In this document: piece by piece, positions 27,767-37,554 of the stretch
Position numbering within the stretch: the stretch's first letter is position 1
Layout of the letters: every line of letters starts with the position of its first letter
Assembly: GCF_028368995.1 (NCBI RefSeq)
Contig: NZ_JAQNDL010000004.1
Coordinates: 480,001 to 544,000, forward strand
Length of the DNA stretch: 64,000 bases
Reading direction: 5' to 3'
From: Nannocystis bainbridge
GTDB lineage: Bacteria; Myxococcota_A; Polyangia; Nannocystales; Nannocystaceae
Program-made: the position numbers and the translations under genes
The notes under the pieces: model-generated
Told to the model about the DNA's origin: nothing
The model's input: only the letters and a program-made list of their open reading frames with translations
The model's database searches: none

Positions 27767-28522
27767 GGCGGTGCGGGCGGCCAGGATCTCGGCGAGGGCG
27801 GCCAGCTGCTCGGGGGTGTTGACGCCGGCGACCTCGTCGGCGGGGACCTCCACGGTGAGGACGCCGCGCTCGGCGGCGCGGGCCACCAGGTCGGTGAGGT
27901 AGATCTCTCCCTGGGCGTTGGCCTGCCCGAGGCCCGGCAGCTCGCTGCGCAGCAGCTCGGCGCGGGCGCAGTAGACCCCGGCGTTGCACTCCCGGAGCGC
28001 GCGCGTGGCCGCGTCGGCGTCGCGCTCCTCGACGACGGCGTGGATCCGCCCGCGGTCGTCGCGGACGATCCGGCCGTAGCCGTGCGGGTCTTCGGGCGTG
28101 AAGGTGGCGAGCGCGAGACCGGCGCCGCTGGCTGCGCAGGCTTCGACGAGGCCGGCGAGGGTGGCCGGTCGCAGCAGCGGGACGTCGCCCGAGAGGATGA
28201 GCACCGGACCTTCGTGGTCGGCGATCGCGGGTAGTGCGCACTGTACCGCGTGCCCGGTGCCGAGCTGCTCGGCCTGCACGACGAAGCGGAGGTCGGTGAA
28301 CACGGGCCCGAGGGCCGCTTCCACCTGCTCGGCCCCGTGACCGACGACGACGACGAGGCGGGCGACGCCGGCCGCCCGGGCGCTGCGCAGGACGTGCACG
28401 GCCAGCGGCTCGCCGGCCAGCGGGTGCAGGACCTTGGGCAGGTCGGAGCGCATGCGGGTGCCCTTGCCCGCGGCGAGGACGACGGCGATCGGCGAAACGG
28501 CGGTGACGGGCTGCTGTGGCAC
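27764..28522 (-). CDS. glmU: GlmU-like N-acetylglucosamine-1-phosphate uridyltransferase domain only
   Basis: VLAAGKGTRMRSDLPKVLH, QLGTGHAV, GDVPLL, GYGRIVR, NAQGEIYLTD, GVNT; stops at 252 aa with no hexapeptide domain. Confidence 0.85.
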   Translation of the reverse strand: MPQQPVTAVSPIAVVLAAGKGTRMRSDLPKVLHPLAGEPLAVHVLRSARAAGVARLVVVVGHGAEQVEAALGPVFTDLRFVVQAEQLGTGHAVQCALPAIADHEGPVLILSGDVPLLRPATLAGLVEACAASGAGLALATFTPEDPHGYGRIVRDDRGRIHAVVEERDADAATRALRECNAGVYCARAELLRSELPGLGQANAQGEIYLTDLVARAAERGVLTVEVPADEVAGVNTPEQLAALAEILAARTA

Positions 28523-28746
28523 GCGCGGCGGACCTTAGCAAAATCGCCGGGCGCGGGTGTCCGGGCCGCCGTGCGCTGCGCAGGTGCGAGCTCGCTCGCG
28601 TAAGGCAAGGTGGGACGCGAGCGGCGGCCGTCGCTGCGCCGCCGGGGGGCCGCTCCGGGCCGCCAGGTTGCGCCGCAAGGTAGCCTGTGCGACCGTTGGT
28701 GTCGGTCCGCGCGCGTATCGGGATGGCACTCCGTCGCAACAGATTG

Positions 28747-31700
28747 ATGGGTTGGAGCTCCGCGTCGATCGCTGCGGCGGTGCTGGCGCTGGCGTGCGGT
28801 CCGGGCGTTCGCTCGGAGGCCGGGCCCGATCTGGCCAACCTGGCGGGCAAGAGCGGGGCCGACGAGCCGATCCGCCGCGAGCCGCCGATCTCGCTGACGG
28901 CCGCCGACGGGGCCGAGCTGCCGCTGCGGGTGCTGCGGGTGCGGGCGGTGCTCGATCAACCGCTGGCGTTCACGGAGCTCGAGCTGGCGTTCGACAACCC
29001 GGAGGGCCGCCCGCTGGCCGGCCGCCTGGCGCTGGCGATCCCGCCGGGCGCCCGCGTGACCCGGTTCGCGGCGTTCCGCGACGGGGCCTGGCAAGAGGCC
29101 GAGGTGGTGCCGCGGCGGACGGCGATCCAGGAGCTGGCGCTGAACCACGCGCCGCAAGAGCCGCAGCTGGTCGGGGCGCCGGAGGGCGAGCGCTTCGTGG
29201 CTCGCGTCGAGCCGATCGCGGCGCGGCAACAGACGCGGCTGATCGTGGCGTACACGCAGGAGATGCGCGGCCGCAGCGAGCCGTACCGGGTGCCGGTGGC
29301 CGGGCTGGCGCCGCTGCGCGAGCTGGCGGTGGCGCTGCGCTCGCGGGCGCCGCTGGTGATGGCCGGCGACCCACTGTTCGCGGGGGTCCGCGGCGACGGC
29401 GAGTTCTACCGGTTCGCCGACGTGCGTCCGACCGGCGACATCGTGGTCCAGCCGCACGGGCCGCGCGAGCTGGGGCTGCGCCACGACAACATGGTGGTGG
29501 CCCGGATCTCGCCGATCCCCCACGACCACCCGGATCCGGTCGAGAGCCTGGCGATCCTGTTCGACACCAGCGCCTCGCAGGCGCTCGGCTGGGACACCCA
29601 CGTCGACCGCCTGGGGCAGGTGATCGAGGAGCTGGTCGCGCGGGTCCCGAAGGACTTCCCGCTGCGGGTGGTGGCGTTCGACCAGGGCGCCGAGACGGCG
29701 TACGAGGGGACGATCCGCGGGTTCGGCGAGGCGGCGCTGGCGGCGATCCGCTCGCGGCGGCCGCTCGGCGCCTCGAACCTGCTGGGCGCGCTGCGCTTCG
29801 CGGCCCGCAGCGGCGAGCGACCGGCCCGGCGCATGCTGGTGATGACCGACGGGCTCATCACCGCCGGGGCGCACACCGAGGCGGCGCTGGTCGCCGAGGC
29901 CGAGCGGCTGCGCAAGGACGGGGTGGCCCGGCTCGACGTGATGCTCGAGGGCGGTGCGGCCGATCCGGCGCGGCTGCGCGGGCTGACGGCGCTGACGCAT
30001 TTGGGCGCGCAGCCGGAGACGCTCAAGGCGATGGGCCACGAGCTGGCGCCGTCGCGGCCGGGGCTGGTGCTGCGCAGCGGGGTGACGCCGCGGGTCGCGG
30101 CGCATCGGCTGACCCGCACGGTGGTGCGCGACGTCGAGGTGCGCGTGCCCGGCAGCGGCTGGGTCTACCCGCAGAAGCTCGAGAGCGTGCAGGCCGGCGA
30201 CGACGTGCTGGTCTACGCCGAGTACGCGGAGGACGAGCTCGAGGTCGAGCTGGTCGGGCACGAGGTCGCGGCGCGCCACGGCGTGGCGCTGACGCGCTCG
30301 CCGTCGCCGCTGCTGCAGGACGCGTGGGCGGGGGCCCGCGCGGCCTGGCTGATCGACCAGGCCCGCTCGTGCGCCCGCGGGCCCGACGACACCTGCGACA
30401 AGTTCCGCGAGCGCGCGGTCGAGTTCTCGCTGTCGAACCGGATCGTCAACGACGCCACGGCGATGGTGGTGATCGGCTCGGCCCACGACTACGCCCGCTT
30501 CGGCCTCGACGGCACCTCGCTGCGCGACGTGCTGACGGTCGGCAAGTTCGGGCCCGAGTGGCGCGAGGCGGCCCCGGTGCCGCTGCCCGACGAGCGGGCC
30601 GCGCCGCCGTCGCACGCGCTGCTGGCCGGGCTGCGCATGTCGAGCTTCGACGCCGCGCCGGCGCCGACCACCGCCGCGGCCCCGCCGGTGCCGCCGGTGC
30701 CTGTCCGATCGCGCAGGTCCGAACGGCAAGGTCCCAAGAGACCTGTCCGAGAGAACAGCCGACCCGACGCCGCCGCCGATCAGGCCGGCGAGGACGCGCG
30801 CGACCGCATGCGCGACAAGGACGCCGGGCTGCGCTTCGGGCCCCAGCGCACGCCGGCCGACGCCTACGAGGGCAACTTCCTGGCGGTGATGAACCTGCTC
30901 GGCGCGTGGGACGACAAGCGCAACGCGCTCGGGGTGGCGGAGCGGTGGCAGCGGGCGGCGCCGGCCGACGTGATGGCGCTGCTGGCCCTCGGCGAGGCGC
31001 TCGAGGCCAACGGCCGCGACGACCTGGCGGCCCGCGCCTACGGCTCGCTGATCGATCTGTACCCCGGCCGCGCCGACGTGCGGCGGACCGCGGCGGGCCG
31101 GCTCGAGCGGACCGGCGAGGGCGCGGGCGGGCTGGTCCTCGACGCCTACAGCCGCGCGGTCGAGCAGCGCTACGACGATCCGGCCGGCTATCGCCTGTAC
31201 GCCTACGCGCTGCTGCGGGCCGGCTACTTCGGCGAGGCGTGGGCGGCCCTGCTCGACGGCATGGCGTGGGCCCGCGTCGAGCCGAAGACCCGCGGGCTCG
31301 AGCGCGTGTTCAAGGACGATCTCGGCCTGGTCGCGGCGGCGTGGATCCGTCGCTGGCCCGACCAGCGCGACTACGTGATGGAGGCGCTGCGGGTGCAGGA
31401 GGCCGAGCTGGCCGAGCAGCCGTCGCTGCGGTTCGTGCTCAGCTGGGACGACGCGCAGAGCGACCTCGACCTGCACGTGCGCGACGGCCACGGCTGGCAC
31501 GCCTTCTACCGCGAGAAATCACTCGAGTCGGGCGGCCGCCTGCTCGACGACATGGACGCGGGCTACGGGCTCGAGGCGTTCGTGATCGACGGAACGGCCG
31601 CGGCCTACCCGTACCGGCTCGAGGTCGGCTACTACGGCCGGGGCTCCGACTACGGGGCGGGCAAGGTCCAGATCGTCGAGCACGACGGCGCGGGCCAGCT

Positions 31701-31827
31701 GTACTTCGACGAGCGGCCGTTCGTGGTCCTCAAGCAGCGCGGCTACGTCGACCTCGGGGCGCTGACGGGCTCGCTGGCGCCCGCGAGCCGGAGCACGGTC
31801 GCCGCGCTGGCGCCGACCGGCAAATGA
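28747..31827 (+). CDS. VIT + vWA + TPR + DUF2135-like lipoprotein
   Basis: PLAFTELELAFDNPEGRPLAG (VIT), ILFDTSAS and MTDG (vWA), RAYGSLIDLYP, SLRFVLSWDDAQSDLDLHV...GYGLEAF; lipobox LALAC. Start may be 28723. Confidence 0.85.
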   Translation: MGWSSASIAAAVLALACGPGVRSEAGPDLANLAGKSGADEPIRREPPISLTAADGAELPLRVLRVRAVLDQPLAFTELELAFDNPEGRPLAGRLALAIPPGARVTRFAAFRDGAWQEAEVVPRRTAIQELALNHAPQEPQLVGAPEGERFVARVEPIAARQQTRLIVAYTQEMRGRSEPYRVPVAGLAPLRELAVALRSRAPLVMAGDPLFAGVRGDGEFYRFADVRPTGDIVVQPHGPRELGLRHDNMVVARISPIPHDHPDPVESLAILFDTSASQALGWDTHVDRLGQVIEELVARVPKDFPLRVVAFDQGAETAYEGTIRGFGEAALAAIRSRRPLGASNLLGALRFAARSGERPARRMLVMTDGLITAGAHTEAALVAEAERLRKDGVARLDVMLEGGAADPARLRGLTALTHLGAQPETLKAMGHELAPSRPGLVLRSGVTPRVAAHRLTRTVVRDVEVRVPGSGWVYPQKLESVQAGDDVLVYAEYAEDELEVELVGHEVAARHGVALTRSPSPLLQDAWAGARAAWLIDQARSCARGPDDTCDKFRERAVEFSLSNRIVNDATAMVVIGSAHDYARFGLDGTSLRDVLTVGKFGPEWREAAPVPLPDERAAPPSHALLAGLRMSSFDAAPAPTTAAAPPVPPVPVRSRRSERQGPKRPVRENSRPDAAADQAGEDARDRMRDKDAGLRFGPQRTPADAYEGNFLAVMNLLGAWDDKRNALGVAERWQRAAPADVMALLALGEALEANGRDDLAARAYGSLIDLYPGRADVRRTAAGRLERTGEGAGGLVLDAYSRAVEQRYDDPAGYRLYAYALLRAGYFGEAWAALLDGMAWARVEPKTRGLERVFKDDLGLVAAAWIRRWPDQRDYVMEALRVQEAELAEQPSLRFVLSWDDAQSDLDLHVRDGHGWHAFYREKSLESGGRLLDDMDAGYGLEAFVIDGTAAAYPYRLEVGYYGRGSDYGAGKVQIVEHDGAGQLYFDERPFVVLKQRGYVDLGALTGSLAPASRSTVAALAPTGK

Positions 31828-31842
31828 GATCACGCTCGGGGC

Positions 31843-32736
31843 ATGCGCTTCGAGAAGGGCTACCGCAGCGACGACGTCATCGACCGCCGGGGTCAGCGCA
31901 GCTTCGGCGGCGGAGGCGGCGGGGGCGGGGCGATGCTCGGCCTGGTCGGCATGCTGCTGCGCTCGCGGTTCGGGTGGTTCGGCGTGATCGTCATGCTCAT
32001 CCTCTATGCGACGATGGGCCGCTGCGAGCAGCAGGGCTCGTACCTGGCCGGGCAGCAGGACGCGCCGGTCGCCGAGGGCAAGGCCGACGACCTGTCGAGC
32101 TACGTCGCCTACGCGCTCGACGACGTGCAGTCGTCGTGGCAGGCGCGCTCGCCGATCGCGGTGTCGGGCGCCGGGCCGACGCCGTACCAGAAGGCCAAGC
32201 TGGTGCTGTTCACCGACCGGACCCCGACCGGCTGCGGCTACGGCGAGGCGGCGTCGGGTCCGTTCTACTGCCCGGCCGATCAGCGCGTGTACATCGACCT
32301 CGGGTTCTACCGCGAGCTGCGCGACCGCCTCGGGGCCACCGGTGATTTCGCCCAGGCCTACGTGATCGCCCACGAGGTCGCGCATCACCTGCAGAACCTG
32401 CTCGGGCTGTCCGACAAGGTCCACGCCGCGTCGCCGCGCCAGCTGCAGGGGCCCGGCGGGCTGTCGGTGCGGCTCGAGCTGCAGGCCGACTGCCTCGCCG
32501 GCGTGTGGGCCCGCGACGCCGAGCTGCGCGGCAAGCTCGACCCGGGCGACATCGACGAGGCGATGCGCGCGGCCGAGGCGATCGGCGACGACCGCCTGCA
32601 GAAGATGGCGCGCGGCACGGTCCAGCCGGAGTCGTTCAGCCACGGGACGTCGCAGCAGCGCGCGCGGTGGTTCGCCCGCGGCCACGACTCGCACGACCCG
32701 GCCCGCTGCGACACCTTCAACGCGGCCGAGCTTTGA
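31843..32736 (+). CDS. neutral zinc metallopeptidase (YpfJ family)
   Basis: [51 protein letters not shown]. Confidence 0.95.
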   Translation: MRFEKGYRSDDVIDRRGQRSFGGGGGGGGAMLGLVGMLLRSRFGWFGVIVMLILYATMGRCEQQGSYLAGQQDAPVAEGKADDLSSYVAYALDDVQSSWQARSPIAVSGAGPTPYQKAKLVLFTDRTPTGCGYGEAASGPFYCPADQRVYIDLGFYRELRDRLGATGDFAQAYVIAHEVAHHLQNLLGLSDKVHAASPRQLQGPGGLSVRLELQADCLAGVWARDAELRGKLDPGDIDEAMRAAEAIGDDRLQKMARGTVQPESFSHGTSQQRARWFARGHDSHDPARCDTFNAAEL

Positions 32737-32738
32737 TG

Positions 32739-32780
32739 TGAACCTCGGGACATGTCGTGTCGGACATGTCCCGAAGGTCA
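32739..32780. repeat. three 14-bp units
   Basis: tgaacctcgggaca|tgtcgtgtcggaca|tgtcccgaaggtca directly after the peptidase stop. Confidence 0.8.
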
Positions 32781-32973
32781 CGCACCTGAGGAGTGCGGCG
32801 CGCGTGGCGCGCGCCGCTCGAGGGCGAATGTCAAAGCAAGACATCCGTCCGCGGGGCGCTGGTGGAGGCGGGTGCGCGCGGCTTTATGAATGCGGCTTAA
32901 CGCCGGGTTCACCGCGAGCCGCGAGTACAGCGTTCATGCTGGCCGGGCCGCGCAGCGCGGCGCTCGGTGCTTC

Positions 32974-35900
32974 ATGTCGACCGCCACGGCCCATCCGCTT
33001 TCGTTCGACGCGCCGCCGCAGCCCGCGGCGCGCCCCGACGTGCGCGAGCGCCTGCAGGCGGCGCTGGAGCACGCGTCGCACTACTTGCCGGCCCAGGCGC
33101 CGCTCGAGGTGTTCGTCCACCACAACACGCTGCACGCGTTCCAGCACCTGCCGTTCCACGCGGCGATCCGCGAGGCCCAGACCAAGCTGCGGGTCCGCGG
33201 GTACCTGACCAAAGAGACATATCGTGAGTTGTTGGCGAGCGGACGGATCCGCGAGGACGACCTCGACGCGGTGCTGGCCGACGAGCGGTTCCCGGGCGAG
33301 CCGATCGCGCCCGGGTTCCCGAGCCGCGACGTCGCCGCGGCGCTGGTGATCCGCCACGGGGTCGGCGCCGAGACGATCGCCCACCTGCGCTGGAACCTGG
33401 TCGAGAAGGACGCGGCCAACCGGTTCGACGGCGACATCCGCCAGGGGCCGCGCGACGCGATCGTCCGCAGCACGCGGGCCTGGCTCGAGCAGGAGGTCGC
33501 GGCCGCCGGCGGGCCGGCGGGCGCGCGCGAGGTCGCGGCCAAGGTCGTGAGCCCGACGCCCGGCGAGCGCGCCCTCGATCCGCTGCGCAAGCTCGGCGCG
33601 CTGCTCGGCCGCCGCGTCGACCCACGCGACCTGATGGGGGCGTTCGCGTGCAACCCGGAGCTGTTCTCGGTGCGCGCGCTGTGGACCGCCTGCGTCCGCG
33701 CGTGCGAGCACCTCGAGGGCCAGCCGTGCCCGCAGGACACGCCGGCGGTGTTTCATCGCGACCTGCTGCTGCGCACCAGCGGCGAGGATCCGAACGACCT
33801 GGTCCACGCCCACCTGATCCCGCTGTGCGCGGCGTTCCTCGACCGCGGGCAGTCGTACTGGACGATGCCGGACCGCGAGCGCGGGTTCTTCCGCGCGTGG
33901 TCGAAGGTGCTGTCGTCGGGCCTCGGCGTGCGCCCGGCGTGGCTGGCGGGCCTCGGCGAGCGTCTGCGCGACTGGGACGCGCGCAAGCTCGGGGCCGAGG
34001 ACGTGGTGGTCGAGCTGCTGGCCGAGCTCGGGATCGCCGACGACGAGCTCGCGGCGTTCGTCGAGCACACGCTGCTGCAGCTGCCGGGGTGGGCGGGGAT
34101 GTTCCACCGGCTGGAGAGCGCGCCGGGGCCGATCGGTCGCACGCGCGCGCAGGTCCACTTGATCGACTACATGGCGGTGCGGCTGACGCTCGACCTGTTC
34201 GCGTACTGCGACGTCGGGGCGCGGCTCGGCCTGCGCGGCCAGGCCCGCGCGATCCGGGCGGCCTGCGCCGGGCTGCCGCAGATCTCGGGGCCGAAGCAGC
34301 GCGGCCGCCACGACACCTCGTGGCCGCTGTTCCGCCTGTGTCAGCTCGCGGGGGTGTCGGCGGCGACGATCTACGCGGCCAGCCGGGCCGACGTCGAGGC
34401 GGTGCTGGCGTTCCTCGACGAGCTCGACGAGCCGACCCGGCTGCGCGTGCTCCACGAGGCGTACGAGCGCCGCTACCGGGTCGAGCTGCTCGACGCGCTG
34501 GCGGCCAACCTGGCCGCGCCGCCGCCGGTGACGACGCGGCCGCGGCATCAGGTGGTGTTCTGCATCGACGATCGCTTCGAGTCGTCGCGCCGCCACCTCG
34601 AGGAGATCGCGCCCGAGTGCGAGACCCTCGGCGCGGCCGGGTTCTTCGGCCTGGCGATCGCGTACCAGGGCATCGACGATCCGAGCACGTTCCCGCTGTG
34701 CCCGGTGGTGGTCGAGCCGCAGCACCGGATCGAGGAGCAGGCGCTGACGCGGCAGTTCAGCATCGCCGAGCTGCGCGCGAGCCGGCGCCGCCAGCTGGGC
34801 GAGATCGAGACGGCGTGGGGCCGGATGTCGCGCTCGCTGCTGCTCGGCTCGATCGTCACCGCGGTCGCCGGGTTCTTCGCCGCGATCCCGCTGCTGGCGA
34901 GCGTGTTCTCGCCGCGCGCGGCCGGGCGGATGCGCAAGGCGATCGCGCGCTGGTGGCTGCCCGAGCCGATGACCCGGCTGACGGAGCTGCGCGCCGAGCA
35001 GGACGGGACGCGCACGGCGCAGGTGATGTCGGGCTTCACGCTCGACGAGATGGCGACCCGGGTGGCGTCGCTGCTCGAGAACATGGGGATCGTGCACCGG
35101 TTCGGGAAGCTGATCGTGGTGCTCGGCCACGACTCGTCGAGCGTCAACAACCCGTACTTCCCGGCCTACTCGTGCGGGGCGTGCGGCGGCCGCTCGGGCG
35201 GGCCCAACGCGCGGCTGTTCGCGCGCATGGCCAATCAGTCGGGGGTGCGCGAGCGACTGGCAGCGCGCGGGATCGAGGTGCCGGCCGACACGGTGTTCGT
35301 CGGCGGGCTCTACGACACCGCCAACGACATGATCCGCCTCTACGACGCCGAGGACCTGCCCGACGCGGCGCTGCTCGAGCTGCGGGTGCTGTCGCCGCAG
35401 CTCGAAGAGATGTGCCGCCGCAACGCGCACGAGCGCTGCCGCCGGTTCGCGGCGGCGCCGCGGCGGGCCTCGCCCGAGCGCGACCAGCGGCACGTCGAGG
35501 GCCGCGCGTTCGACCTGGCGCAGGCGCGCCCGGAGCTCGGCCACGCGACCAATGCGGCCTGCTTCGTCGGCCGGCGCCCGCTGACCGCGGGCCTGTTCCT
35601 CGACCGGCGGGCGTTCCTCGTCTCGTACGATCCGGAGCAAGATCCGAAGGGCGCGATCCTCGAGCGGATCTTGCTGGCCGTCGGCCCCGTCGGCGCCGGC
35701 ATCAACCTCGAGTATTTCTTCTCGACCGTCGACGCCGAGCGGCTCGGCGCCGGGACCAAGCTGCCGCACAACGTCACCGGCCTGTTCGGGGTCATGAACG
35801 GGGCCAGCAGCGACCTGCGGACCGGGCTGCCGCGGCAGATGACGGAGATCCACGAGCCGGTGCGGCTGCACCTGGTGGTCGAGGCGACGCCGGCGACGCT

Positions 35901-36126
35901 GCTGGCGATCGCGGGCCGCCAGCCGATCGTCGCCGAGCTGGTGACGAACGAGTGGCTGCGGCTGTGCGCGGTCGACCCGGACACGCGCGCGATCCAGGTG
36001 TTCGACGCCCGCTTCGGCTTCCGCCCCTACACGCCCGTCAGCGCCGGGCTGCCGCGCGTCGCTCGCTCCGGCGACTGGTACGCCGGGCGCGACGGGTTCT
36101 TGCCGCCGGCGCTGATCCGTCCCTGA
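32974..36126 (+). CDS. dabA: DabA (DUF2309/UPF0753) inorganic carbon transporter, beta-CA-like subunit
   Basis: PLEVFVHHNTLHAF, FCIDDR.E..RRHLE, GHDSS.NNPY...CGACGG, ARPELGHATNA, LDRRAFLVSYDP, GINLEYFFS, GAGTKLPHNV, HEPVRL. Confidence 0.93.
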   Translation: MSTATAHPLSFDAPPQPAARPDVRERLQAALEHASHYLPAQAPLEVFVHHNTLHAFQHLPFHAAIREAQTKLRVRGYLTKETYRELLASGRIREDDLDAVLADERFPGEPIAPGFPSRDVAAALVIRHGVGAETIAHLRWNLVEKDAANRFDGDIRQGPRDAIVRSTRAWLEQEVAAAGGPAGAREVAAKVVSPTPGERALDPLRKLGALLGRRVDPRDLMGAFACNPELFSVRALWTACVRACEHLEGQPCPQDTPAVFHRDLLLRTSGEDPNDLVHAHLIPLCAAFLDRGQSYWTMPDRERGFFRAWSKVLSSGLGVRPAWLAGLGERLRDWDARKLGAEDVVVELLAELGIADDELAAFVEHTLLQLPGWAGMFHRLESAPGPIGRTRAQVHLIDYMAVRLTLDLFAYCDVGARLGLRGQARAIRAACAGLPQISGPKQRGRHDTSWPLFRLCQLAGVSAATIYAASRADVEAVLAFLDELDEPTRLRVLHEAYERRYRVELLDALAANLAAPPPVTTRPRHQVVFCIDDRFESSRRHLEEIAPECETLGAAGFFGLAIAYQGIDDPSTFPLCPVVVEPQHRIEEQALTRQFSIAELRASRRRQLGEIETAWGRMSRSLLLGSIVTAVAGFFAAIPLLASVFSPRAAGRMRKAIARWWLPEPMTRLTELRAEQDGTRTAQVMSGFTLDEMATRVASLLENMGIVHRFGKLIVVLGHDSSSVNNPYFPAYSCGACGGRSGGPNARLFARMANQSGVRERLAARGIEVPADTVFVGGLYDTANDMIRLYDAEDLPDAALLELRVLSPQLEEMCRRNAHERCRRFAAAPRRASPERDQRHVEGRAFDLAQARPELGHATNAACFVGRRPLTAGLFLDRRAFLVSYDPEQDPKGAILERILLAVGPVGAGINLEYFFSTVDAERLGAGTKLPHNVTGLFGVMNGASSDLRTGLPRQMTEIHEPVRLHLVVEATPATLLAIAGRQPIVAELVTNEWLRLCAVDPDTRAIQVFDARFGFRPYTPVSAGLPRVARSGDWYAGRDGFLPPALIRP

Positions 36127-36230
36127 CCTTTCGGACATGTTATTCAAGACATGCTCGAATCCACCCCGCTGCTGCCGATCCGTCCCTGACCTTTCGGACA
36201 TGGTCTTCGCGTCATGCTCGACCCCAACAC
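36111..36230. repeat. 63-bp tandem duplication of the dabA stop / dabB start junction containing 14-bp units
   Basis: gatccgtccctgacctttcggacatg..catgctcga occurs twice, 63 bp apart (units at 36124, 36138, 36187, 36201). Confidence 0.85.
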
Positions 36231-37554
36231 GCTCGCACACGTGATCGCGCTGGCCCCGGCCGCGCCGGCGCTCGGCGGCCTCGTCATCGCCGTCCTGCTG
36301 GCGGCGCGGCTGGCCGGCGAGCGCGTGGTGGCGGCGGTGGCCCAGACGGCGATCGGCCTGGGCCTGTTGGGCCTGCTGGTGGGCTTGGTCGGCTGGGCGC
36401 TCGGGCCCGCGGGTCCGCTCGAGCTCGGGTTCGGCTCGTGGTACTCGGGCGCGGGCTACGACTTCCGCATCGACCTGCTGATCGACGGCCGCTCGGCGGC
36501 GGTGTCGGCCCTGGTGTCGCTGCTGCTGCTGGCGACCAGCCGGTTCTCGATCGCGTACCTGCACCGCGAGCCGGGCTTCAACCGGTTCTTCCTGCTGATG
36601 CTGCTGTTCGGCGCGGGCATGCAGACGCTGGTGCTGGCGGGCAACCTCGAGCTGCTGTTCGTCGGCTGGGAGATCGTCGGCATGACCTCGGTGCTGCTGG
36701 TCGGGTTCTTCCACGACCGCCAGGGGCCGGTGAAGGCGGCGACCCGGGTGCTGGTGACGTACCGGCTGTGTGACATCGGCCTGCTGACCGCGGGGGTGTC
36801 GCTGCATCGCTGGCTGCACACGAGCGACTGGATGGCGGCCGAGCAGGCGGCGCTGACGAGCCCGTGGCCTGCGACGTTCGTCGGCCTGTCGCTGGTGTTC
36901 GCGGCGATGGGCAAGTCGGCCCAGTTCCCGCTCGGGGGCTGGCTGCCGCGGGCGATGGAGGGGCCGACGGCCTCGTCGGCGGTGTTCTACGGCAGCCTCT
37001 CGGTGCACGCGGGGGTGTACCTGCTGCTGCGCGCGGCGCCGCTGCTCGAGCACTCGCTGGCGGCGCAGACGATGATGATCACGGTCGGCGCGATCACGGC
37101 GGTGATCTCGGCGATGAGCAGCCAGGCGAGCCCGGACGCGAAGTCGGCGGTGGCCTACGCGACGGCCAGCCAGGTCGGGCTGATGTTCGTCGAGATCGGG
37201 TTCGGGCTCTACACGATCGCGACGGTCCACCTCGTGGCCCACGCGATGCTGCGCTACTACCAGTTCCTGCGCACGCCATCGGCCTTGCAGGACGCGCTGG
37301 CCCGCCGCGCGGCGCTCGGCCGCACGGAGGCCGACGAGGGCGCGGTCCGCTGGGAGGCGCTCGGGCTGCGCACGCGCCGTTACGTGTACCGCATGGCGAT
37401 CGAGCGCTTCGACGTCGAGATCGCGCTCGACCGCTATGTGGTGCGCCCGGTGATGGCGCTGTCGCGCCGGCTCGATCGCCTCGAGTCGCAGCTGCTGGCG
37501 CTGCACGGCGAGTCGGACCGGCGCGGGCGCGGGTCGAAGGAGGATCGGCGATGA
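36214..37554 (+). CDS. dabB: DabB / NuoL-like proton-translocating membrane subunit
   Basis: YLHREPGFNRF, LFVGWEIVG, GKSAQFPLGGWLPRAMEGPTASSA, ASQVGLMF; adjacent to dabA. Confidence 0.88.
   Translation: MLDPNTLAHVIALAPAAPALGGLVIAVLLAARLAGERVVAAVAQTAIGLGLLGLLVGLVGWALGPAGPLELGFGSWYSGAGYDFRIDLLIDGRSAAVSALVSLLLLATSRFSIAYLHREPGFNRFFLLMLLFGAGMQTLVLAGNLELLFVGWEIVGMTSVLLVGFFHDRQGPVKAATRVLVTYRLCDIGLLTAGVSLHRWLHTSDWMAAEQAALTSPWPATFVGLSLVFAAMGKSAQFPLGGWLPRAMEGPTASSAVFYGSLSVHAGVYLLLRAAPLLEHSLAAQTMMITVGAITAVISAMSSQASPDAKSAVAYATASQVGLMFVEIGFGLYTIATVHLVAHAMLRYYQFLRTPSALQDALARRAALGRTEADEGAVRWEALGLRTRRYVYRMAIERFDVEIALDRYVVRPVMALSRRLDRLESQLLALHGESDRRGRGSKEDRR

Noticed and set aside
27109-37506. Very long antisense or alternate-frame ORFs (e.g. 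27109..31500 -, 32884..37506 -, 13854..17216 -, 42941..45844 +)
   Set aside because: Shadows of real genes in high-GC DNA: Arg/Pro/Ala-rich translations with no recognisable motifs.
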